Shown here in pieces: positions 10,572-22,000 of a DNA stretch of 64,000 nt. The DNA is taken from contig NC_134031.1 in assembly GCF_964204645.1 (NCBI RefSeq), forward strand, positions 16,045,807 to 16,109,806, written 5' to 3'. A program made the translations under genes and the position numbers. A model generated the notes under the pieces. It was not told the DNA's origin. It searched no databases and worked only from the letters and a program-made list of their open reading frames with translations. The stretch is from Tubulanus polymorphus. Lineage: Eukaryota; Animalia; Nemertea. Numbering within the stretch: position 1 is the stretch's first letter; the number at the start of each line of letters is the position of its first letter.

Positions 10572-13056
10572 ACGAAACGACCGGCACACGGGAGGATCCA
10601 GGAACGGAATAAAAATTCACGCGGGATAAAGTCGCGTATCGGAAATGACGACGAATCCCTGACCTATAGTACGCGCGTGCGTGCGCGCGCGCGCGACATA
10701 GTCGAATAATCGCGACTCTAAAGCCAGATTCATCCGCACCGGAATTATCGAAACGACTTTATTATCCGTGGAGATATTTATCGTTGAGAAAACAGGACGT
10801 ATTTAAGCAGTGATAAAATAGAAGCACGTTATGATGCATGGATTACGTGTAATAATAGTTAAATGCTAGCGGAATAGTAAACATATTAACACAGACAAGA
10901 ATATTGACGTATCGCGGATATATGTAATGTATCTAATGGTTGTGTGTATATATATATACATATATATATTGTTTGTTTAGATCACTAAATGTGTGCTGTT
11001 TTCGTGTCATCATCGGCGTCGATCGAAACGCGTTTCGGGGATTATAAAAAAGCGTTCGCGGTCGTTCCGCTTTGCGACCGGGGGGACGTGTTTCTCGATT
11101 TAAACGATGAAAAAAACATAAGTGTGCGTAAGTTGTTAGTGATATATTTGTATATATTATTCGTAAGGCGTTGTTTCATTAGCTCGCGCACCGCGTGTGT
11201 ACACGCGTACGTGTCGCTTGCGCGCTGTAGTAGCCGGCACTGCCATCATTGTCACTCTTTTCGTTTCGATGACCGCCGAGGACGTTTTCATCGCCGATTC
11301 GTTCGGCTTACTCCGCGGAGAATTTGTAAATATTTCACAATCGAGCTGGGGTTTGGGTCACGTTAAGTAAACAATGGACCAGTTCGGGGGCGGGCGGTCG
11401 TACGTAAACGTGATTACGGGGGAAATTCAACAATTGCTGTACATAATTTTATCTCGAATGATTTTCGTATTTTGGGCCATATCTACTACGTACACTTCTA
11501 GCGAAAAAACGTAGTTCGTAAATTTTTTTTTTCTTTTTTGGTTAAGACTTATTCATTCAGATTCTTATATTTTTGCTAAAAGAAGGTTTGTGCATTTTCC
11601 TTAAAACACACGCACATACACGCGCATACACAAAATTTGTGCATAGTTTCATGTGAATATCATTAAGCTTGTGCATCCCCACTTTCTGCTACTAGAAATT
11701 AAGCAGTCGTCAATCGAGAGTGCCACCAGGGGGTGTGCAAATTAACGCCATCCGTCATCCTCATTATCATCGTCATTACGACCTTCATCTTCTCTTAAGG
11801 CAGCAGCAGATTTCGCTGTGTAAATAGTTAACCATATTATTGCTATTATTATTATCATTACCATTATCGATGATATTATTCGTGATCGATGAAATTTCTA
11901 GTTAGGATGTAATTTATTTCGTATCGGAAGAAAAGTGAAAGACCATTTGCGAATTTTCGATCACACCATTATTACGATTATTATTAGCATTATAAACTAT
12001 GGCATCGAGGTAATTAGATGGCTAATTTATCATGCATACAAACACGCTGTATATAATTTATTATACTGAATTAGATGAAGAATAATAATAATAATGATAA
12101 AAGTTATTATTGTTATTATTATTACTATGGATAATGTGTTCAACATCATATAGTGTATATAGCTGGTACATACGAAAAACGCTAGTTTGTATAAAAAGTA
12201 TATATGTATAATTTGTATATAGAGGTATATAAAGGATATATGTTCGAACATCAGCCGTTGGTGTGTATATCTGTGTACATAGAACGACGAAAACGGAAAC
12301 GAAAAAACGGCTCGTCGCGAATTATCAGAGTTAATAAATTGATATTACGAAAAAAATGTGGGCTTTTTCTCCGCGCGGCGACCTCGCGCGTACGCCGTTC
12401 GAACTGTCGAGTAAAATCGGCGCCGAGAATTTTCAACGCGAAAGTACTTAAAAAACCGACCGCAGTCGGATATCCGGGCGGGCGGGCGAACTTACTCGCG
12501 AGGTCGCGTGCCGCACAATTATTTGTTATATTCCATGTGGCATAGCCTGTTCCCCCCCTCGAGGGCACCCTATTTCTTTTCATTAGTTCACGCCACACAC
12601 CCATAGCAGCTTTCGCCTTCGGATAATGTTGAATATTTTGATTATTTTTCTTTTTTTTCCGGGTTTCGTAATCACATCGCTGAACGCTTCACTCCATTTG
12701 AAACTCCCCGAGTCTCGATAATCTAATTAATATATGATATATATGTAGCGTCTGTCCGTGTGCACGTTTCCATAGTTACCAGCTCGCTTCACACGCATTG
12801 ATTATTGCGATAGATTTTTCCTTCCTTGTACACTCGCAAAATGATCAATTTGGTTTTTTAATCCTCTCGCAGTACGATGAACGTTTACGTATTTTTTCTT
12901 TTGCGCTACTGCTGCTGATTCTCGAGACAACGCGACGAAATTAGTGATTGAATTAATTAAATATCGCCGTAATAATAATAATCGCTATAGAATATTATCG
13001 AATTCGAAATACAAAAATGAGTGCAGTGTAAAATTAGTATAATATTGATTATCATG

Positions 13057-13092
<36 letters not shown>

Positions 13093-14500
13093 GTTAAAAA
13101 TGAAAATGATCTCAGTTTTCTTTGTTCGGTTTATATAAAAATGAGTGTTTAGTGTGTATATTATGGGTGAATGATTAAATGATTGTTGTCGACACTGGTT
13201 GTCGTTTATCGGTGGTTTTACTGTGAGTAATTAGTACATTTAAAAAAAAAATGAACGAAATAGAAATATTCGAATCTACTGGTTTCAGGTGTGCAGGCTA
13301 TGCTACATGTATGATTATTATTATTATTATTATTATTATGATTATGATAATTATATATTAAAACGTTTGGGTACGAACGACGCGTTGCGGAATGGCTGGG
13401 CCTCCCGAAACCGAGTCGTGGACACCAAAACCGACCGAGTCAAACGCTACAAGCTCAGAAACTTCGTAACTCGCTGTTCGTGCCCGAACGTATCTGTTAA
13501 AAACTATTATGTGTATGTACTAGTGTGTACAAGACCTTTCGTTGTCACCAGTCAGTACATAAACCGGCCGTAAGGTGGCAGCAGCTGTTCTCTCTATATA
13601 TATATATATATATATGTTGAATCGGTGATGGAATCGAACGTAGAAAAGAATTCTCGACGTTCACGCTTCCGATACTCGAATCTTTCATCAGGGAGAATTT
13701 CCCACCTTTTATCCTAGATCATATACTCAAACGATAATTCTGAACGACACGCGGTCTCGTGTCCCCGGTTTAATACTCTTCGACGACGTCTTTTCGTTTT
13801 ACCGCCGGAGTTTCTATTCGAAATCGCGAAATGTAATACCGAAACGTTTTCTTCGAGGACGCTGCTGCCAGCCGCACTTTTAACACCTTGCCACCCGATT
13901 CGTTGAAATCGTAGTACGGTTCTGTAGTACTAGTAATATAACCAACCCTCGGATGTTAAATCTTTGGTGCTAATGTATAAACATTGTAGTTCGTAGTTTC
14001 AGAAAATTATTACTATTATTATTATAGTTATGAATTAACTTTTGTGTCTTCTTTAATTATTATGTGTAAAATACGCAGCCTACAATTCACAGATTTGGAT
14101 TTTGAGTTTTGTTTCGTTTTTTCGTATTTTTGAAGTTTTTCTTGAATTTGCTTTTCGCCAGATGTTTTTTTCTTCTTCATTCGTTCGGAATCCAGATGAA
14201 ATAAACAAGACAGATTCTTATAGTGTTTGTAGCACTCGTGTGTATTATAGACGTATGAACATCTCGGCGTGTGTAGTTCTTCTGATGTATTAGTGTCATT
14301 CTGTGCTGACTGGTGGCGCCACATGTGTAGAATGTACGTACATGTAATTTGTGCAGTTTTTGTACAATACAACCGAATCTATATTTGTATTAAATAAAGT
14401 CTATTTTGACGCCGGGAACGAGTGCGAGTCGATGGCGTCGAATCTTAGAAAAATAAGACAGAAGAGAATAAAAAATTTATAAAACTATAAAAAAAGTTAT
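10572..14500 (+). promoter_or_regulatory. Putative long SPEN 3'UTR ending at AATAAA signals (14393, 14467)
   Basis: UTR-like AU-rich sequence, 9 TGTAHATA motifs, AATAAA at 14393-14398 and 14467-14472; composition changes after ~14500. Confidence 0.55.
13057..13092. repeat. (TA)n microsatellite
   Basis: Read directly; further short (TA)n and (TTA)n tracts near 10947, 13313, 13595, 20807, 27846. Confidence 0.85.
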
Positions 14501-15699
14501 CACGTTTATTTAGTTTGCTGAAGGATGCATTGTGCCTTCGCGGAGTTTGTCTTCACAGTTTGGAGTAATCATCTGAATTAAGGTCTAGTAATGGACGAGA
14601 ATAGACGCAACAGCCACAGGAGTATGGGCAACTGGATCACATATTATTCAACTATCCGTCAACAGAAATAGCATGCATATATGCCCTGAATAATTTAGTC
14701 TCTACAAAATGTTCATTATCAACCTTTTTGATTACACCTGAAATGGTGAGGCTTGCCCTCGATACCTGTATTTTGACGAAATGAATTGGTCAAAGTTTGC
14801 ATCTTGCCCCAATCCAAACAGATGGTACTGCTCCCGACTCAAAAGAGCATGCAGATTTTTGCTCCCGAATCCAAATGAAATATTTTCAAGCCCCCAAATT
14901 GAGGCTAAAGCACTTTTCAGCACATCTAGTGTGGGAAAAAGTTGCACTTTTCTAGTGAATTGCGCCCATGGTTGAAATCATGGTTGTCATGATTTGTGCG
15001 CAGGGGCTTGTATTATGTATTGTAATTAGTAGAAGGTAATCATTTTGGATCTAAGCAGCTAGTCTCCCAAACTAAAAATACGAGCTGTAACCCTCACTGG
15101 ACAGACTGACCCTTTGACGAAAATCATAAGTCATATAAAACAAATTGAGGATCATTTATATTCATAAGTGGCTCCAGACTCTTAATCAACTGAGAGAATA
15201 ATTTCATTAAGATATCGTTGTTCTTCGCCCGCCACAGTAAGATCAGCGATAATAGCATTTCAACTATCTAGTGCTGCCCCAATGTATAACGATAGCGGGG
15301 AAATCGTAAACTAACACAATACTCGCTTGCCATATGCTTTGAGCGTCGACAACTGTGGCAATTTTTTGATGATAGAATTATTCTGTAATACAGTAAATTT
15401 GTATCGGGGGTATTTCTATTTTTGTTTGGGAGGGGGCGAAGGGTGTTTTTTATTCAATGTTTTTGGATGGAAGTTCATTCAAAGATTTTAATGAATTTCA
15501 ATGAATGATAATTCATTCTGTATATAAATACTAATTTATTGCGAGTTTTGCAAGGAATAACTTGTTCACGCTCAAACCCTACTCTAAATCTCCAATTCGA
15601 TTAAAAAAAATAAGTTTAACAAGGTCGTGAACAAGTTATAAAATGGTAAGAGGGCGTGGGGAGAATATGAAATCCACTCCTAGAATGAATCAAAACTAT

Positions 15700-18600
15700 C
15701 AACATATATATTTTGTAAGTGTTTTATTTCTGCACTTAATACACGTAACATGATTAAGACTGTCATGGTACAAATCCAGCTTAGTTATTCATAAGTTAAC
15801 ATAAGCTATTAATCTACTTATTACTGTTGCCATGATGATGATAATGATTCAGACGTTAGTTCAAAAATTCTACATTTTAGACAATTTTCATCAACAACCT
15901 AGGTACAAGTGTATTTCTTGATGATAAGCCTCAACTAAACTGGTTGTATATGCATTTATTATTGCTGGCTTTACACTATATACAACCACATCTTATGATA
16001 CAGGATCGCCACTCTACTTAGCAAATTAAGTACCACAGTCTGTTTTTGGTCATTGGAAATTAAGAGATTAAACGATATAATATGTATATAACCAACCAGG
16101 TCAACGTGGTGACTTGGTAATGGTGAATTAATTGGGTACGTATATTTCTGTAGATTCCCTTTGTCACTCTGATACTCAAGTAATGCTTATTTCTATAAAA
16201 CAATCATTGAGGAATTTATGTTATAGTTTATGATCTTAGAGATCTTTGAAATTCAAATTCACTAGAACTACTGCTAGAGACTGCTAATGAAATCAATGGG
16301 TAGCTATCTTAATCATCACGAAGAGACGATATGCCAGCATTGTTGTTTTGATATTTTGGGCCCTGATCAAGAAAACGACCCTTTGATTCCGTCAAACATA
16401 GCAAGACTTACCTAGTAATAGCCAACTAATGGTCTTACAACAAATTGACGACAAAAGGTTTTTAGAACTCTCAGAAGCTCAGACAGTAGCAGATGAAAAT
16501 ACATTTGCTACTCTATGGGCATTTGAAGGTCAGGTCGGTGCAAGGGGTTAAACAGGGGGTCATAAGGGGGATAACAACATTATGGGGCGGGGTGTGGTTG
16601 GGGATGTGCGTTACGACAATTAAAGCGTTTTTTTTTCGGTGAGTGTGAAGTGCAAACTGTAGATAGATAATTAGATAGAAATGCTAATTTAATACTGCGT
16701 GTGGTACAACGAATAGTGATACGAACGAAGCCGTGATTTACAAAGCGTTTTACAACATTACGGGGGACAGTTGGCAGAGATATAGACGAGAATACAACGA
16801 ATAAAGTCAATACAACATGAAGGCATAAACTAAACTACGTATGATGATAGAGAATAGAAAGAGAGGTATCCAGGAGGATCGATTTTCTATGTTTTCAATC
16901 ATTTATTCCACCCATGCGTCTATTTTTCAAAAGACTCTCCACTTTTCCACTTTTCTGACCTCTAAAAAGCCTATTTCTTGATACTTGCAGATTTGAGACT
17001 GAATTTTAATGATAAAACATCGATGAATGCGAGAACGAATGTTTTTTTTTTCATTGAGAATATTAATTTCTTTATCCGTGGTGCCTGGACCCATCCCAGA
17101 AAAAGGGGGGTAGGAAAGAGAACATGTAGAGGGTTGACCGACAACGTGCGAGACGACAGCGCATACCTAAAACACCTTAATTAACAAACTCCACTAATTG
17201 ACTTTTACTGATAAATCCTGCCCTCTATTTAGTAGTCATGTGTCTAACTAATATCAGGGAACTGTCGCAAACAGCAAATGCTACGCATCGATTTACTTTT
17301 AGTGTTTCGAACAAGTACAAGCTCAAGATTATTATGTGGATACATTGATTTTTACCAGTCAGTACTGATACACTTAGCAATCTAAGTTGAAAACTAAAAG
17401 ACACCACTCTCCAGTGAAAGCAAGCAATTTTCCGTTATCTGATTATTTACACCCTATATTAAAGTGGCATTGAATTCTTATAAAACATAATATGACCATA
17501 CAATAAATATATAACAGACATAATCCACAGAAACGCAAATATCTCATGATGATAATGGTAATCATAATCATACGTTTTAAAAGATTTTAATAGAGCAATA
17601 CATGTATATTCTATTGAAATGTATGTTAGTTACTGATAATGATTGAGATATAAAACGCTAGTTCGATCTTTTCGAAAGTCTTGGTTGAACGCTTTTAACG
17701 AGATTGTTACACAGGACACGAGATTCAGATTTATACTGGTTCGTAGCCAGTATTTCTTCGTACCAAAAAGGGAAAGTTTCCACCATAAAGACAAAAGGTC
17801 GAAATATAGTACTATTCACAGCTCTCCCAAGCTGCAACCTAGGAGCTGCAACACAGGACGCGAATCCTAGAGATCAGACAAGACTTTTAAACGTGGCATG
17901 CTAAAGACTTGGAGTGGCAGGCGAAGTTTGTCTGGTCAGTGTGGCGACCACTTAGCTATAAGGTGACGAGTCAATCTCGGCGACGTCACAAGCTCGCAGA
18001 GTTTTTAGCTGAACTGGACTTTTAACGGCGGTTCGTACGAACGAAAAAACGAATCCCCCATGGCTACGAGCCTGATGTAAAAGGCTTTATTTCGAAAAGC
18101 CTAGAAATGCCCCAATACGTACACTTACAACATTGGAATGATGGATTTAAATATATAATTATTGTGATAAGCGTGTAAAGAATTTTTCATATTGTCGATG
18201 TAAATCATCGATTCATATCTCCGCTGTTGTATTTGCTGAAAGGGGTCGATGTTAAAGGAGAATAAATGTTCAAATAGGGCCCGGCTGACCATATAGATGT
18301 GGATGACACTGTAAGAGCATTATAAAGATCAAGATGTTGTTCAATTCATCTTGATTGGTACCATTGCCGTGACATAAGCGTTTACGTTTAAGGTTTGCGC
18401 ATTTTAATGTACAACATTTCTTAATATTAATAATCCCGCTTTGTTCCTGAATTTCTAAGGAAATATCATGATTCTCCCCCTCTTTCTAAATCGTTAATCT
18501 CTTAAACCTCATTCTTATTGACCATTCGAATGTCCACGGCTTTTTCATCGCCGGGTCAAATATGCAATACAATTCTAATGCTATATATAATATTTTTGAT

Positions 18601-19019
18601 TTATTCCACAATGCAGCAAGAAGCCTACATCGTAAATGCATATTTCTCTTTATTTGCCACAACCACAACACAAACAATTTAGACAAACTAACAGCAAGTC
18701 GAATCCTTGAAAAAAAGATATTTTCAAGGAGACAGTTTCACAGGACGTCAAACTTCACAATTGGCCAGGTTTGTAAAGCAAGGTCCGGTAACTGGACGAC
18801 AGATCCACGGGGAACTTAAGAATTTCTCTGGGGTTTTGTACACAAATAATAAATTTTTTTTACTTCTTAGATTAGCCACGACATTATGCTATAATTGATT
18901 ATTATCATATATATTTATTATCACATTCAGCTCAAAATATCGCCCACAACGGCTGCATATGTGCCGCAATTGGAAAACTGTATTTTTTCTTCGAGTTCCC
19001 AGTCTCCTAGTTCGACGAT
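15700..19019 (-). promoter_or_regulatory. Putative MEGF6 3'UTR
   Basis: Follows the stop codon; AATAAA on the - strand at 15723-15728 is one of several candidates, so the end is uncertain. Confidence 0.35.
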
Positions 19020-19078
19020 TCATCCTCCTAAGTGTGCCGGTGTGTCACCACGTTGTGGACCAGTGAATATATTTGAAC
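19020..19078 (-). CDS. MEGF6: Probable MEGF6 terminal coding exon ([19 protein letters not shown])
   Basis: Strong acceptor ttttatttcag, phase 1 compatible, TGA at 19020-19022. Confidence 0.7.
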
Positions 19079-22000
19079 CTGAAATAAAAACAACGCAAGT
19101 CTTTAATATTTCAACGAAGGATAAAGTCGAGTATAGATTCTAGCGGACCTTACTTTTTACTTCTGTCAATTGAAATTTGGCAATTTGAAAGGCTTTAGAA
19201 TACATTGTTATATTCTGAGATGTATGCTTTAATTCGTTTTGTTTTTAAGAAGATTTTGGCTGAAAAGGTTGTGAAATTAATGTCATAATTTGCCACAGAG
19301 AGTCTTTAAGTCGAAATTTTTCTTTTTTTAATGTCAGATTTCTTGTGCAGAATGTGCATAAATGGTTAAATTTCTATTTCAACCAGACAACACCGAATCA
19401 ATGAGTGCAATAATCTAGCGAATTGTACCTGCAATCTGTATTTCTAGACTGAGTGAATGTTGCTATTGTTCACAGACAAATCACAAGACAAGACAACTAT
19501 ATATTCATGTAAATTAAGTCATATGTTTTTGGTTTAGTTTTCGAGTTTTGAAATCAATTGAATCAAATCAAATTCATCAAAACAGTTTTAAAACTTCGAA
19601 CTAGTTTCTAAAAAAAATCCGCATAATTTTACATATCTTATTAGACGCCGATTATTCAAGATGATTTAAGAATTATTTAGAGTAGATTTGTCTCTAGCTG
19701 AATGATTCTCTTCGAAAAAAGGCCAAAAGACAATGAGATATAAAAGAAGCTGTTTGAATGTATATATGTAGAAGCTACTGACACAAATCACGGACACAAT
19801 ATCGAAATCCACTTTTTTGTGGATGAAGTTTACCGACGCTCCATCGCGTATCAATATGTATTACTCATAGAAAGAAGTTCTACACTAATTCATCATGATA
19901 ATTATAGAAACACCTTAATTGATCGTAGTCGATCAATCTTAAGAACAACAGATGAATTTCTTACTATACGCCCTCTGCAGTTCTTCCCAACATATTGTTA
20001 ATGTAGTCTATTTATTCATCTGCTATTCTCAATCAGCCAATTCAGAAACATCTTCATACAATTACAATGATCAGACAATTATTTTATTCAAACACATTTA
20101 CCTCCTGCGAAAATGAAAAATAGATAATCCCCTCATACGACTGAGCACGGAAGTATATTACATCTTTTTTTCGTGCTCCGATTAAAAGAAAAATCAACCG
20201 AAATATTGAATAGTCGAAGTACGATTGGCCAAGATGAAAAAAGAACTCAGGCTATACCCTATTTTCTCTGGCTTGATGGATGACAAGGGATTTAAAAAAA
20301 TCAAGTAAATGGTCAGCAAGTGAAAAGGGTTCATGCGTGGCTGCTCTACTTACTGTTTTGTGGATGTTTTATGTGATTTAGGTGTCGCTTGGGATGAAGT
20401 TGAAATTCTTCGGATTCGAGATCAAGAGATTCTTCGGGGGAAAATGAAATAAAAAACAACATCAAAATTCGCACGATAAACAAAATTCAAAAAAAAATCT
20501 AACTGAAAACATCGATGGGCTGTAATAGAAATATGAAAATGAATTACGTTTTTTATTTCAAAAGCGCCCTAGACATCGGGCATTCGTTTTGGAAACTAGA
20601 AAAATCAAGCAAATTGAAATGATCGTCTATCACCTAAGGGACGGATGGAGCGATAAGAAATTTACACGATTTCATGGTGGAAAACGGAGACAGTAAAGAC
20701 AGACACAAGATTCCAAGGGAGCAACGATAGATACCATATCATCTTTAAAACTGAGGGAAAAGTGAAGTAATTTCAAACCCAATCCCAATTAACAGTTAGT
20801 TTTCGAATATATATATATATATAAGTAAAGATGATTGCAAAAGGCATATCAATATCACGATCCCTTGGAAATAGATATTTTATTGAACTGCAAGGAAAAC
20901 GGGGAAGCTGAAAGTTGAAATCTCCAGCAATATTAAAAGTTAAGATTGTCATATAGGTTCAATGTGCTATATTTAAAGTGCAGTAGAATGGTTAAGTGCG
21001 TATGATACTTGAAAGCATGCTTCATTTGTGCAAAGGACAATAAATCACGACGACAGAGTTTTAGAATTAAAAAAAAACACATTTTCTCCTTCATTCTTCA
21101 CCGGTGGTTACCTCGTAGAGAGAAATAGTTATCCTGACCGCGTCCGTTTTCAGTTAGGCTTAGCAGAAGAGACAGATATCAGTAGATTTTTAAAGCGGAC
21201 AGTCAACAAGTAACGGGTCTGCATTCACGCCATCGCATGCTAGGTTTGGGCGTTCCAATGTGTCTGAAGCATATTAGCCGGTTTACAAAATGCATTTTCG
21301 CTTCTCTCATACTGAAGATCAAATATATTTTTGCTTCCCTCATGTGCGTACTGTCAAATACTGTCAAAATCAGCTCCAAAATGTTTAGAGTTTTCACGCT
21401 ATTGTACATACATACAGTATGAGAGACATTCGAAAAATTTGAAGGCCAGGTATTCTAAGTAACAAACTTTGATGGGATGAAGGTGTTTACGAAGCAATAT
21501 TAAGATTCCTTGCAGTTTTGATATTCATAAACATAGACTAGGACGCTGACCTACTATACATACATTTACATATAAAAGACTTGCACTGATTCACATGCGA
21601 AAAGTATTCAGTTTAGAACTGAATTCAAACTTCATGAACCAGTACAAGTACGAGTAATCGATCAATGTAGCAAAGGAGGGGAGGGTTAACATTAATTGAT
21701 ATGACCTTTCGTTAGTAAATTGGCCAGAAAATGTTAGTTGCAAAAACTTGCATCATTCACACACGTCGGCGAAAATGTTAAAAAAGATATTTGAAAACAA
21801 ACAGCTGAAAAGGAATTTTGTCATTCACATCTTTATGCGTGGTTCGAGCAATGGAATTTTGTATTACCTTCTTTGGTTTGGCATTGCGCGCCGATCCAGC
21901 CCTCTTTACACTTACAGGCGCCCGTAACGGAATCACAGCCAGAACTGTTCTCGCAGTCGCAAGTGAATGTACAATTAGGGCCGTACCTCGCTCTCGGGCA

